DNA of 64,000 nt from Elusimicrobiota bacterium (GCA_041658185.1 JBBAAR010000008.1:3723-67722); one strand, 5' to 3'. Positions 19,624-32,694 are shown, counted from the first letter of the stretch. Numbers and translations are program-made. The notes: generated by a model not told the origin, from the letters alone.

Positions 19624-22207
19624 TTTCGGTTTCCTTCGCCGCATAAGCGATTGATGCCAGTTTGTCGCCCTCTTCAAGACGGATAAGCCGCACGCCCTGC
19701 GTGTTTCTTCCTATGACGGAGATGCCCTTTGCTGCCATTCTTATCATAATGCCTTTTTCGGTCATCAGCATTATGTCGCTGTCGTCCTTTACATTTTTTA
19801 TGCCGATGACGCAACCGTTCCTATCGGTGGTCTTTATGTTGATAACGCCTTTTCCGCCGCGGGATTGCAGACGATAGTCGTCTATGTGAGTTCTTTTTCC
19901 GTAACCGTTGACAGCTGCGATTAAGACGGTATCTTTGGCAGAAACCGTTTCCATTCCGATGGTCTCATCATCTTTGTTAAGACGGATTCCGCGCACGCCT
20001 TTTCCGGATCTGCCTATTACCCGTATTTGTTCTTCGTTAAATCTGATGGCAAGTCCGTTTTTGGTAGCGAGAATGACCTCCTGTTTACCGTCGGTGTGCT
20101 TGACGTCTATTAAAGAATCGCCGTCGTCAAGATTGATAGCGATAATTCCCGATTTTCTTATATTTGAGTATTCGGCAAGTTCGGTCTTTTTGATTGTCCC
20201 GTTCCGTGTCGCCATCAAAAGATACGAACTCTTCTTTTCTTCAAACGACCTTATCGGAATCGCAGCGGTGATTTTTTCCTCAGTGGATGATAGTTGCACA
20301 AGATTTATTATCGCCTTGCCTTTTGATGTCCTCTGCGCCTCCGGGATTTCATAGACGCGCAGCCAGTAAACGCGGCCCCTGTTTGTGAAAAGCAGCATAT
20401 AAGAATGCGTAGATGTCACAAAAAGATTTTCTATAAAATCTTCTTCGCGGGTCGTCATACCGGTTACGCCTCTTCCGCCGCGATGCTGTGATTTGTAAGT
20501 TGTCGTCGGCATTCTTTTGATATAGCCGGCGTGGGAAATGGTTACGACGACATCCTCCTCAGTAATTAAATCGTCCATATCCAGGTCAACCGCATTGGCA
20601 ACAATTTTTGTTCTTCTTTCGTCGCCGTATTTTTCTTTGAGTTCCGCCAGTTCAGTTTTGATGATGGTCAAGACCTTTTTTGGGTCGTCTAAAATGGATT
20701 TCAGTTTTTCAATCGTCTTTATCAGTTCAAGATATTCATCGTCAATCTTTTTCTGTTCAAGACCGGTAAGTTGCGACAGTTTCATATCCAGAATCGCCTG
20801 GGCCTGAATTTTTGATAACTCAAACTCTTCCATCAAGCGGGTTCTGGCTATATCGGTATCTTTTGATTCCCGTATAAGTTTTACTATTTTATTGAGGTTA
20901 TCAAGCGCTATTTTCAAGCCCTCTAAAATGTGTGCGCGCGCTTCCGCTTTGGCAAGTTCAAACTTTGTCCGACGGACAACTATTATTTTTCTATGCTCAA
21001 CATAATGCACAAGCATCTCTTTTATGTTGAGGACGCGGGGACGGTTATTGACGAGGGCAAGCATTATTACTCCGAAAGATGATTCCATCTGGGTATGTTT
21101 GAATAACTGGTTTAACACGACCTGCGGGTTGCCGTCCCGTTTTACCTCAATAACAAGCCGCATACCGTCCCGGTCCGACTCGTCGCGGATATCGGAGATG
21201 TCCTCAATTTTTTTATCTTTCACGAGGTCGGCTATTGTTTCAATAAGGACTGCTTTATTGACCTGATACGGAAGTTCGTTGACGATAATTGCCGTTTTTC
21301 CGCTTTTTATATCTTCAATATCCGCTTTTGCTCTTATTCTTATTGAGCCGCGACCCGTCGCAAAATAGTCCTTTATTCCCTGCCTTCCAAAAATAATTCC
21401 GGCAGTCGGAAAATCGGGACCTTTTATAATTTTTGAAAGTTCCGGAATATCAATTTCAGGATTTTCTATAACTGCGGCTATAGCGTCGCAAATTTCAGTG
21501 AGATTATGAGGCGGAATATTTGTCGCCATACCGACGGCAATTCCGGAAGAACCGTTTAACAAAAGATTGGGAAGTTTTGAAGGAAGTACAAGCGGCTCGG
21601 TCATAGACGCATCATAATTCGGTCCGAAATCAACTGTGTTTTTATCAAGGTCGCCGAGCACCTCTTCTGAAATCTGGTCAAGCCGAACTTCCGTATAACG
21701 CATCGCAGCCGGCGGGTCGCCGTCAACACTGCCAAAATTTCCCTGACCTTCAACGAGCGGATAGCGGAGCGAAAAATCCTGCGCCATTCTGACCATTGCC
21801 TCATACACTGATGAATCGCCATGGGGATGATATTTACCGAGACAATCGCCGACGACTCTCGCGGATTTTTTGTATGCCGTGTTGTGCCTTAAACCCATTT
21901 CTTTCATCGTGAAAAGTATGCGGCGGTGGACGGGCTTCAAGCCGTCGCGGACATCAGGCAATGCGCGGCCGACGATGACGGACATAGAGTAGTCAATATA
22001 GGACGTCTTCATCTCGTCCTCAATGTTGCGCGGAAAAACATGTTTCTGTTCTTCTTCGGTTAATTGCACCGGTTTGAGCGGAGGCGGAGTAGAGGCAGAC
22101 GCCGTCTCCGCCGGAGATATTTCCTTCGGCGATTCATCCTGCTGCTCAACTTTTGCAACTTCCTTTTCCTTATCTACTTTAATCTTTCTCGGTCTTCCTC
22201 TGGGCAT
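19601..22207 (-). CDS. gyrA: DNA gyrase subunit A with a ~58-aa basic N-terminal extension (AT-hook-like PRGRPRK)
   Basis: '[30 protein letters not shown]', catalytic Tyr region and C-terminal beta-pinwheel repeats. 868 aa. Confidence 0.95.
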   Translation of the reverse strand: MPRGRPRKIKVDKEKEVAKVEQQDESPKEISPAETASASTPPPLKPVQLTEEEQKHVFPRNIEDEMKTSYIDYSMSVIVGRALPDVRDGLKPVHRRILFTMKEMGLRHNTAYKKSARVVGDCLGKYHPHGDSSVYEAMVRMAQDFSLRYPLVEGQGNFGSVDGDPPAAMRYTEVRLDQISEEVLGDLDKNTVDFGPNYDASMTEPLVLPSKLPNLLLNGSSGIAVGMATNIPPHNLTEICDAIAAVIENPEIDIPELSKIIKGPDFPTAGIIFGRQGIKDYFATGRGSIRIRAKADIEDIKSGKTAIIVNELPYQVNKAVLIETIADLVKDKKIEDISDIRDESDRDGMRLVIEVKRDGNPQVVLNQLFKHTQMESSFGVIMLALVNNRPRVLNIKEMLVHYVEHRKIIVVRRTKFELAKAEARAHILEGLKIALDNLNKIVKLIRESKDTDIARTRLMEEFELSKIQAQAILDMKLSQLTGLEQKKIDDEYLELIKTIEKLKSILDDPKKVLTIIKTELAELKEKYGDERRTKIVANAVDLDMDDLITEEDVVVTISHAGYIKRMPTTTYKSQHRGGRGVTGMTTREEDFIENLFVTSTHSYMLLFTNRGRVYWLRVYEIPEAQRTSKGKAIINLVQLSSTEEKITAAIPIRSFEEKKSSYLLMATRNGTIKKTELAEYSNIRKSGIIAINLDDGDSLIDVKHTDGKQEVILATKNGLAIRFNEEQIRVIGRSGKGVRGIRLNKDDETIGMETVSAKDTVLIAAVNGYGKRTHIDDYRLQSRGGKGVINIKTTDRNGCVIGIKNVKDDSDIMLMTEKGIMIRMAAKGISVIGRNTQGVRLIRLEEGDKLASIAYAAKETENGDDKEV

Positions 22208-22250
22208 AAATTTGATTTCCTTTCTATTCCTTTGACTAATTTTATATTTT

Positions 22251-25003
<2,753 letters not shown>

Positions 25004-25079
25004 TTAACACCAGAACATAGTGCATAGAGCACAGAGTACAGAACTACGCTCTCTCAACTACGCTCTACGCTCTGCCTCT

Positions 25080-26177
25080 CTAATCCAGCCGCATAGGCAT
25101 AATTATGTAAAGATAATTCGGGTCGTCAGCGGGTCTCAAAACCCCGGGGCTTACCGGTGTAGTGAACTCAAAAATAATTTCATCGTTGGTCACCACGCGC
25201 AGCATATCAATAACATAATTGGGATTGTAAGCCACAGTGAACGGCTCGCCTTTGTAGTCGGTTTCTATTTCGTCGTTTCCCTCGCCCTTGCCCTGCTCCA
25301 TTGAATAAATTAAAATTTTACCCTTGCCGACTGAGTATTTTATTGACGAGGGCCTGAACGGCAGCACCCGGTCGGTGGCATCAAGCAAATCCTTCGTCTT
25401 TATTTTGAGAGAGCCCTTTTTCTCCTTCGGAATAACTTGTTCGTAATTCGGGAAATGCCCCTCAATAAGCCGGGAGCGCAGAATTGTCTCGCCGATTTTA
25501 AACCCTATCTGGTTTTCAAACACGCCGACTTCCGTTTCCTCAATTGATGTACCTGAAATAATTTTTAAAAGTTCTTCAATCGCTTTTGACGGAATTATAA
25601 ATGTACTTGAGATTTTTTTATCAACCGCATTTTCTTTTGAAATGTAAGCAAGCCGTTTTCCGTCGGTTGAAACCATAATTGCCTTGCCTTTTTCAATAAG
25701 AAAATATATCCCGTTTAAGACGTATCTGGTCTCATCCATTGAAATAGCAAACTTGGTTTTTGTTATCATATCTTTAAGCGTAGCCGTCGCTATTTTGAAT
25801 GTTTTTCCGCCTTCAAAATCAACGGCAACCGGGAACTCCGTCTTTGAAAGTCCTACAAGCGAATATTTTGTTTTCCCGGATTTTATAATTACCTTTTCGT
25901 TTTCGGAAACCTCTATCTCTACTTCCTGCTGAGGCAGTTTTTTGATGATATCAATTATAAGTTTGCCGGGCAGAGTAATTCCGCCTTCTTTCAATACCTG
26001 TGCTTTGATAACCGTTTTAGCGGCAACTTCTAAATCAGTCGCTGCAAGCGTTAAACTATCTTCTTTCGCATCAAAAAGCAGGTTTGACAACTGCGGCAGT
26101 GTGCTTTTTTGCGAGACAGCACCCGATACAATTCCCGTTCCTTTCAAAAGTTCGTCCTTCATACAAACAATTTTCAT
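25080..26177 (-). CDS. dnaN: DNA polymerase III beta sliding clamp
   Basis: 365 aa with three-domain clamp architecture. Immediately downstream of dnaA. Confidence 0.93.
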   Translation of the reverse strand: MKIVCMKDELLKGTGIVSGAVSQKSTLPQLSNLLFDAKEDSLTLAATDLEVAAKTVIKAQVLKEGGITLPGKLIIDIIKKLPQQEVEIEVSENEKVIIKSGKTKYSLVGLSKTEFPVAVDFEGGKTFKIATATLKDMITKTKFAISMDETRYVLNGIYFLIEKGKAIMVSTDGKRLAYISKENAVDKKISSTFIIPSKAIEELLKIISGTSIEETEVGVFENQIGFKIGETILRSRLIEGHFPNYEQVIPKEKKGSLKIKTKDLLDATDRVLPFRPSSIKYSVGKGKILIYSMEQGKGEGNDEIETDYKGEPFTVAYNPNYVIDMLRVVTNDEIIFEFTTPVSPGVLRPADDPNYLYIIMPMRLD

Positions 26178-26444
26178 TTGGTCCCCCTATCCCCTTTTTT
26201 TGGTTTCTTGTTATTATATTAAATATATAATCATAATCATCATAATAGCTGTGGATATGTTAGTTATACCGCATCCGGCACTTTTTATTTTTTTTCATAC
26301 TCGGTAAACCGCAGTAATTCCAACTTTATTAATGTTAATTATGATGTTGATAACCGTCCAATTTTATTAACACTGCCAAATTTTTTTATTTTTTCTTGAA
26401 CTTATCAACCGTTATAAAAAATTACTAACAAACTTTAATACTTT
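26178..26444. promoter_or_regulatory. Candidate oriC / dnaN-dnaA intergenic AT-rich region with DnaA-box-like sites
   Basis: 267-bp AT-rich gap containing TGTTGATAA (~26337), TTATCAACC (~26402), TTATTAACA and an ATATATAAT-rich unwinding-like stretch. Confidence 0.5.
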
Positions 26445-27803
26445 TTATTTTCCCGATTTTATTTCCTGGATTATTTTATTAACCTGTGCCGCAAAATATG
26501 CGTCTTTTGCCATCGTTTTTTCTATTTTATCAAATGAATAAAGAACTGTAGTATGGTCTCTGCCGCCGAATGCCTCGCCGATGTCGGTAGTGGATAGTTC
26601 CGTAAATTTTCTTGCCAGATACATAGCAATCTGTCTCGGATGCGCAATGGCATCCGTTCTTTTTTTGCTTTTCAAATCCTTTATGTCAAGATTGAAATTT
26701 CTTGCTATGATTTTTTGTATGCGTTCCATTGTAACCGGGAACTCCACGGATTCCTGTCTTACTATATCCTTGAAAATTTCATGCGCTCTGTCAACTGTAA
26801 TCTGGCTCCCTGTCAGTGATGCGTGCGCCACTATTTTTATAAGTGCTCCCTCAAGCGACCTTATATTTTCTTTTATCTGCGCTGCGATGAAAAGTATCAC
26901 ATCCTCAGGAACATGAATTCTTTCGTCAAAGATTTTGCTTTTTAATATGGCAATCCTTGTTTCCAAATCCGGCGGCTCAATATCCGCGACCAACCCCCAC
27001 TCAAACCTGCTTTTGAGCCGGTCCTGCAGCGTTATTATTTCTTTAGGTGCGGAGTCGGCGCACAAAACAATCTGTTTCCCGGCGTCATATAAGGAATTAA
27101 AAGTGTGATGAAACACCTCCTGTATCTGCTCGCCCCTCCCGAGGAACTGGATATCGTCAATAAGAAGTGCGTCAAGCGAACGGAATTTTTGGTGGAACTG
27201 CGGCATCCGGCCTTTCTGCATTGAATCAATCATTTCGTTGGCGAATTTTTCGCAGGTGATATATAAAATTTTTGCCGCCGGATATTTTTGTTTCATCCTC
27301 TGCCCTATTGCATGAAAAAGATGCGTTTTTCCCAAACCCACTTTTGCGTAAATAAAAAGCGGATTATACGCCTTGCCGGGATTTTCGGCGACCGCAAGCG
27401 CCGCCGCCTGTGCAAGACGATTGGAATTTCCGACGATAAATTTTTCAAAAGTGTATTTAGGATTAAACTGGTTTTCAAGAAAAACGGATTCTTCTTTTGC
27501 AACAGGTATCGGCTCGGTTATTTGTTCCGCCCGTTTTAACATCTCGTCCAAATTTTTTGTTACAGTATAATCAAGTACCATCGCGGTCCCGACTTGTCCG
27601 GAAATTTCTTTTTCTATATTTTCCTGAATATTTTCCCTGAACCAATCAATAAAAAATTTGTTCGGCACTTCAATTATGAATTTATTTTCAATAATTGAAA
27701 CTGCTTTTGCGGGTTTTATCCACAATTCAAAAGAATTTTCAGGAATTATTTTTTGAATAACTTCAAGCGTTTTTTCCCACAATTCTTGCGGAGTTTTGTT
27801 CAT
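26445..27803 (-). CDS. dnaA: Chromosomal replication initiator DnaA
   Basis: Walker A 'GLGKTHL'. AAA+ boxes. C-terminal DNA-binding 'IAHPRQIAMYLARKFTELS...IGEAFGGRDHTTVLYS'. Confidence 0.95.
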   Translation of the reverse strand: MNKTPQELWEKTLEVIQKIIPENSFELWIKPAKAVSIIENKFIIEVPNKFFIDWFRENIQENIEKEISGQVGTAMVLDYTVTKNLDEMLKRAEQITEPIPVAKEESVFLENQFNPKYTFEKFIVGNSNRLAQAAALAVAENPGKAYNPLFIYAKVGLGKTHLFHAIGQRMKQKYPAAKILYITCEKFANEMIDSMQKGRMPQFHQKFRSLDALLIDDIQFLGRGEQIQEVFHHTFNSLYDAGKQIVLCADSAPKEIITLQDRLKSRFEWGLVADIEPPDLETRIAILKSKIFDERIHVPEDVILFIAAQIKENIRSLEGALIKIVAHASLTGSQITVDRAHEIFKDIVRQESVEFPVTMERIQKIIARNFNLDIKDLKSKKRTDAIAHPRQIAMYLARKFTELSTTDIGEAFGGRDHTTVLYSFDKIEKTMAKDAYFAAQVNKIIQEIKSGK

Positions 27804-28020
27804 TATGAAGACCTATTGAAAACTTACTAACAAAGTTATGCACAAATGTTAATAACATTCCAACTTGTTTTTAATTATCTGATACTACCATATTTTATCA
27901 GGTTTTCCCATTACTTTTGCAATTATACAAAATGTTTATTAGGAAGTCAAGGAAAATATTTTTTCAAAAAATATTTTTTTTCTTGACAAATTTTTTTATT
28001 TTTATATAATTACTTTAATT

Positions 28021-28524
28021 ATGAAACAGCAAGCACTTGTTATTATCAAACCGGACGGACTGAAAAAATCTTTAACGGGAAGTATACTGTTAAAACTTTC
28101 CGAGGCGAAACTTGAAATTATCGGAGCGAAAGTTGTTAAACCGACCCGGGAACTCGTGGAAAAACATTATGCCCACATGAAAGAAAAACCGTTTTTTGAG
28201 GAAATAGTCCAGTATCTTTGCGGTGATATTCACAAATTAAAGCGGGTGCTCGTACTTTTGTATCAGGGAGAAAATGCAATTGAAAAATTAAGAAAAATAT
28301 CGGGTGCTACAAATCCCGAGGATGCCGAACCGACTACCATCCGCGGTTCTTACGGAAGAATTACCACAAAAGGCGTTTATGAAAATGTCCTGCATGTTTC
28401 CGGCGCTGACTCGGAAGCCGAGCGGGAAATAAAATTATGGTTTCAACCTTCCGAAATCGTTCACGAGATTTATCCCACCAAGGAAGTTGTAATAGAAAAA
28501 TTAAAAATTAAAGAATGGGCGTAA
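28021..28524 (+). CDS. ndk: Nucleoside diphosphate kinase-like protein
   Basis: 'LVIIKPDG', 'HYAHMKEKPFFEEIVQY', 'NVLHVSGADSEAE' parallel NDK motifs. 167 aa. Confidence 0.7.
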   Translation: MKQQALVIIKPDGLKKSLTGSILLKLSEAKLEIIGAKVVKPTRELVEKHYAHMKEKPFFEEIVQYLCGDIHKLKRVLVLLYQGENAIEKLRKISGATNPEDAEPTTIRGSYGRITTKGVYENVLHVSGADSEAEREIKLWFQPSEIVHEIYPTKEVVIEKLKIKEWA

Positions 28525-28572
28525 AAAAACCCCGGACCGCATGGTTCAGGGCTTTTTTATTTTAGCTGCAAC
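28525..28572. terminator. Bidirectional rho-independent terminator candidate between convergent ndk and the 143-aa gene
   Basis: AAAAAAACCCCGGACCGCATGGTTCAGGGCTTTTTTATTTT: an imperfect GC stem flanked by an A-tract and a T-tract. Confidence 0.5.
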
Positions 28573-29004
28573 TTATTTTTTTACCGGTTCTGCCGCTTTT
28601 GCTTTAGCTTTTGCTGCAGGTTTCGGAACTTTAACTTTTATTGAAGTTGCGATATTTTTTTCAGCTTCCATTCTGTATCTCACAGAAACTTTAGTGCCGG
28701 CAGCGAGTTCGGACAACTGAATTGCTTTATCTTCTTTTGTCAGTTTCGTCTTTGCGTCCACCGTTACGATCTGTGTTTCACCTTTTTTCTCATTTTTGAT
28801 CGTTACCTGCGAGTTCGCTATGTCGACGGCGACAACCTCACCGGTTATAGACATGGACTTCTTTTTTGCTTTGGCTGCGGGTTTTATTGTTTTGGAAGGC
28901 GCCGCTTTTACCGCCTCGGGTTTTGCCATCTGTTCCTCGGCATAAATTAAACCGATTCCTGCCGTAAAACTTAACATTACCAATAATGCCATTAAACGTT
29001 TCAT
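28573..29004 (-). CDS. Secreted Lys/Ala-rich protein
   Basis: Signal peptide. 'KPAAKAKKK' and 'KPAAKAKAKAAEPVKK' low-complexity ends flanking a small beta domain. Confidence 0.5.
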   Translation of the reverse strand: MKRLMALLVMLSFTAGIGLIYAEEQMAKPEAVKAAPSKTIKPAAKAKKKSMSITGEVVAVDIANSQVTIKNEKKGETQIVTVDAKTKLTKEDKAIQLSELAAGTKVSVRYRMEAEKNIATSIKVKVPKPAAKAKAKAAEPVKK

Positions 29005-29162
29005 TTGTACTTCCTCCTTTAAGATGAGATTTTACTAAATTTTTAGTTGATATTCATCGGATATTTTTGTCGTTCACCTCCTATTTTTCCAAGTTTGTGA
29101 ATATCATCCGTCCATCAGTAAAATCTTTTTTTTATTTTCCTCTTCCGCTGTTGCAAAAAAAC

Positions 29163-29480
29163 TTATTTGAAAAAGTTTAGGGGATAAAATTCCTCGCAAA
29201 CGGGATGTAGAATAAAATGACCGATAAAACAATTAGGAAAAAAACAATTTAACAGGTTTCCGGAAACGAAGTTGTTATTCGTAAAGGTATTGAAATTTCC
29301 GGATATGCTATGCAAATCAAAAGTTATTTCGTAGAGACCCGGCAACGAATAATTGGATGTATCGTAGCGTTGCTGTATCTCCTGGTCGGGAATTACAGGA
29401 TTATCCTTCTCGATTAAAAACAATGCACCGGCGGAAACAACAAAGATAAACAAACTACTCAGTATGCTGAATAATCCCAA
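29163..29480 (-). CDS. Hypothetical small membrane protein
   Basis: 105 aa ORF with an N-terminal TM helix. No motif. Confidence 0.35.
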   Translation of the reverse strand: MGLFSILSSLFIFVVSAGALFLIEKDNPVIPDQEIQQRYDTSNYSLPGLYEITFDLHSISGNFNTFTNNNFVSGNLLNCFFPNCFIGHFILHPVCEEFYPLNFFK

Positions 29481-29634
29481 TGTTTTGAATATTATAGTAT
29501 ATTAATAAAATTTTGTCAAGCACTTTTCTGCCTGATCAAAAAATATACCACAAGGTCGTAATAAACCTGAAAATTCTGATATTTCGGTAAAATAGCCGGT
29601 TCATTGCCGTCCGGCAAATATTATTTATTTCTTG

Positions 29635-29781
29635 CCGAGGATTCTGAACACTTTTGTACCGCATTCAGGACAAACGCCCTGCAGCGCCCTTCTTCCGCCC
29701 TTCATCTCAATTTCTTTTGCGTCCTTAATCTCCACCTGCTTCTTGCACTTCATACATCTGCCTTCCGCCATTTTGTCAGCC
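29635..29781 (-). CDS. Small zinc-ribbon protein (48 aa; CxxC...CxxC), not in the ORF track
   Basis: Reverse-complement translation: MAEGRCMKCKKQVEIKDAKEIEMKGGRRALQGVCPECGTKVFRILGKK. Resembles small Zn-ribbon (DUF5679-like) proteins. Confidence 0.5.
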
Positions 29782-29805
29782 CTCCTTTTTTGATTTCGGT
29801 TTTAA

Positions 29806-30660
29806 CTATTTTTTTGATTTATGCCGCAAGATGTTAACGATTCTGTTCAGGTCGTTAAGCGATGCGCACGAGACGATAATTTTTCCTTTTCCCCCGCGGT
29901 ATTTTATTTCAACTTTTGTGCCTAAAATCCGCTGGAGTTCCTCCTCAACCGCAATAATGTTGCTGTCTTTTTTTGATTTTGATTTTTTTGAATTCTTAGA
30001 AATTTTTTCAACATCCCTGACGGTGAGTTGCTGGTTTATTATCCTTTCCAAAAGCAGCCGTTGCTTCATCGGGTCGTCAATTGATGCGATTGCGCGCGCG
30101 TGTCCTTCGGTTATTTTACCCTCTGAAATCGCATCCTGTATGTTCCGCGGAAGAGAAAGCAGCCGGGTTATATTTGCGACTGTTGAACGGGATTTCCCCA
30201 GCGTTTTTGCGAGGTCTTCCTGAGTTAAGTTGAACTCTATCATCAGCCGTTTGTAACCCTTCGCCTCTTCAATCGGATTCAAATCGCTGCGTTGTAAATT
30301 TTCAATTAAAGATATTACGAAACATTCTTTTTCCGAAAGCGGTTTTATTATTGCGGGGATTTCGGAAAGCCCGGCGAGCATTGATGCCCGCCACCTGCGT
30401 TCTCCCATAACGAGTTCGTAAGTGCCGTTTTCGTTTGACGGCCGCACCGTTATCGGTTGCGCAAGCCCGTGTTCCAAAATTGAATCAGCGAGAGTTTTTA
30501 ACTCGGCCTCATCAAATTTTTCTCTTGACTGATATTTATTCGGCTTGATTTTGTTGACAGATATTTTTACAGTTCCTTCTGCGTTGATTATAGGAGTTAA
30601 AAGGGCGTTTCCTATTTCCGGTATAAGTGCTTCCAATCCTTTCCCAAGTGCTTTTCTCAT
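29806..30660 (-). CDS. parB: Chromosome partitioning protein ParB
   Basis: ParB box 'GERRWRA', HTH 'LTQEDLAKTLGKSRSTVAN'. 284 aa. Confidence 0.92.
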   Translation of the reverse strand: MRKALGKGLEALIPEIGNALLTPIINAEGTVKISVNKIKPNKYQSREKFDEAELKTLADSILEHGLAQPITVRPSNENGTYELVMGERRWRASMLAGLSEIPAIIKPLSEKECFVISLIENLQRSDLNPIEEAKGYKRLMIEFNLTQEDLAKTLGKSRSTVANITRLLSLPRNIQDAISEGKITEGHARAIASIDDPMKQRLLLERIINQQLTVRDVEKISKNSKKSKSKKDSNIIAVEEELQRILGTKVEIKYRGGKGKIIVSCASLNDLNRIVNILRHKSKK

Positions 30661-30732
30661 AAATTTCCTCCGTCTGAAAAGTAATACATTTGTAGTAATT
30701 CGTCGTCGGTAGATAATTCTAAAAAATAGATT

Positions 30733-30984
30733 TTATTGTCTATGAAATAAAACATTTGTAGTAATTTTTAATCCACGGGATACCCGCCGCTTTTTCCCTA
30801 TTCTAAATTTTATCATTCCCGATTCCCGTAATTTTTTCAGATGCGAAGTTACAGTCCGTGTGGAAAGTCCGAGATATTTTGCAATCTCCCTTACCGTCGG
30901 CGGGATTTTGCGGTTTTCAAGCGACTTGCGGACAAAATTAAAAATCCGTTTATCCGTTTTTTTTAGCAATATCTTTTTTCTCAT
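30733..30984 (-). CDS. Stand-alone LexA-N-terminal-like winged-helix DNA-binding protein between parA and parB
   Basis: 83 aa. 'IPPTVREIAKYLGLSTRTVTSHLKKLRESGMI' parallels the LexA DNA-binding domain. No S24 peptidase domain. Overlaps the parA 3' end by 35 nt. Confidence 0.55.
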   Translation of the reverse strand: MRKKILLKKTDKRIFNFVRKSLENRKIPPTVREIAKYLGLSTRTVTSHLKKLRESGMIKFRIGKKRRVSRGLKITTNVLFHRQ

Positions 30985-31744
30985 TTTCTCTGCTCGTAAT
31001 CTCTTTTGCCAAATTCATATATGCCTCGGCCCCGCGGGAATGTTTGTCGTATAAAATAACCGGCTTGCCGAAGCCCGGTGCCTCTGCCAGCCGAACATTT
31101 CTCGGAATTATCGTCTTATACACTTTGTCGCCGAAATATTTTTTTATTTCCGTAATCACCTGCCCGGAAAGATTTATTCTCGCATCGTACATAGTCAGCA
31201 AAACTCCTTCAACATAGAGATTTATATTTAAGTTTTTTTTCAAGGCGTCAATTAGTTTGAGAAGTTGCCCCAGTCCTTCTAATGCGTAATACTCACATTG
31301 TATGGGAATAATTACAGAGTGGGCAGCAGTCAGAGCATTTACGGTCAGCAAACCCAAAGACGGCGGGCAATCAATTATGATGTAATCATAGACCTTTTCA
31401 AATTTCGCCAGTGCGGTTTTCAGCCGTGTTTCACGGGCAAGCATATTTACAAGTTCAATTTCGGCGCCCACTAAATCCAGTCCGGACGGTACAATTTCGC
31501 ACCATTCAATTTCCGTCGGAAGAATAGTATCCTCAAGCAGTTTATCATCAATCAAAACATTGTAAATACTTGCCGAGACCTCATCTTTTTTAATTCCGAA
31601 TCCGCTGGTGGAATTCGCCTGCGGATCCATATCAATAAGAAGCGTTTCGTAGGAAAGCAGTGCTAAAGATGCCGATAAATTTATAGCGGTTGTTGTCTTC
31701 CCCACCCCGCCTTTTTGATTTGCAATAACGATAATTTTACTCAT
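30950..31744 (-). CDS. parA: Chromosome partitioning ATPase ParA/Soj
   Basis: Deviant Walker A 'NQKGGVGKTTTAINL'. 264 aa. Confidence 0.93.
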   Translation of the reverse strand: MSKIIVIANQKGGVGKTTTAINLSASLALLSYETLLIDMDPQANSTSGFGIKKDEVSASIYNVLIDDKLLEDTILPTEIEWCEIVPSGLDLVGAEIELVNMLARETRLKTALAKFEKVYDYIIIDCPPSLGLLTVNALTAAHSVIIPIQCEYYALEGLGQLLKLIDALKKNLNINLYVEGVLLTMYDARINLSGQVITEIKKYFGDKVYKTIIPRNVRLAEAPGFGKPVILYDKHSRGAEAYMNLAKEITSRENEKKDIAKKNG

Positions 31745-31749
31745 AATTT

Positions 31750-32694
31750 TTAATCAGTTCCCTTCGGATGTTTTTCAAAAAAATTCCACATCTCATCGGT
31801 AGCGGAGATTTCCGTCGTCGGAATGTCGCCTCCCCGCCATGCCGGTTTTCCGCCGGGCCATGCGTGTTCTCCGTTTTTTATTGTGACTAAAACAACTTCG
31901 GAATTATTTTTTCCGCCGGTATATTTTTCAGTTATGATATTTCCTTTTTCGGTGCGATTCGGTTTCGGAGAGCAGCCGTTATGAGTTACCCAAAAATCAG
32001 CCGCAAAGGCAACGGATTTGTCGGTCCTGCGCCGCCTGTCTGCCCGTTTTTTCGGTTCGCCGCCCTCATAAAGTACGTGTTGGTCTGCCGTGCCGTGAAA
32101 TATCATTACCGAAACGGGATTTTCCGGTGTGCGGTCAATGTTTAACGCGCCAGCGACCGGCGCAATTGCGGCGATTTTGTCAGACAGTTCACAGGCAAGC
32201 CGGTAAGCCATCATTCCGCCGTTTGATATTCCTGTCGCATAAATACGCCGCTCGTCTATTTTCAACTCTTTTTCAATTTGATTGATAAGTTCCTGTATAA
32301 ATCCGACGTCATCCACATTATGTTCAAGCGCATAACCGCAGCAGTTGCCGGCATTCCACGTAAGAATTTTTTTCAGCCGCCCGGTGCCGTTCGGATAAAC
32401 AACGATGAAGCCCTCTTCGTCCGATTTTTTGCTGAAGCCGGTTGTCTCCACGGTTTTTGAGGCATTCCCGCCTCCGCCATGCAGCACGATGACCAGCGGC
32501 GCTGCTTTTTTTTCGTTAAAAGACACAGGGATATGGAGCAGGTATGTCCTCGTCCGTCCGCCGAATTCCAGTTTTTTCCAGTAGTCGCCGGCTTTATAAC
32601 TTTCACAGCGAGCTTGCGTCGCACCGAACATAATCACGGCTGACAGGGTCATTGCAGTCAGAACGGTTGAATTTTTTGTCATAAAATAGAACAT
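31750..32694 (-). CDS. Secreted alpha/beta-hydrolase (esterase/PHB-depolymerase-like)
   Basis: Signal peptide. 'HGGGGNA' oxyanion region. 'GISNGG' nucleophile elbow (GxSxG). Confidence 0.7.
   Translation of the reverse strand: MFYFMTKNSTVLTAMTLSAVIMFGATQARCESYKAGDYWKKLEFGGRTRTYLLHIPVSFNEKKAAPLVIVLHGGGGNASKTVETTGFSKKSDEEGFIVVYPNGTGRLKKILTWNAGNCCGYALEHNVDDVGFIQELINQIEKELKIDERRIYATGISNGGMMAYRLACELSDKIAAIAPVAGALNIDRTPENPVSVMIFHGTADQHVLYEGGEPKKRADRRRRTDKSVAFAADFWVTHNGCSPKPNRTEKGNIITEKYTGGKNNSEVVLVTIKNGEHAWPGGKPAWRGGDIPTTEISATDEMWNFFEKHPKGTD

Noticed and set aside
19601-19677. Apparent 77-nt overlap between archease and gyrA.
   Set aside because: This is an artefact of the longest-ORF call. The archease conserved N-terminus (HTAD.G) starts at the internal Met (19623), which reduces the overlap to ~23 nt.
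27716-27724. Perfect DnaA box TTATCCACA.
   Set aside because: It lies inside the dnaA coding region, encoding the 'LWIKP' segment. A second perfect box at 41196-41204 (TGTGGATAA) is isolated. Both are most likely coincidental rather than origin elements.
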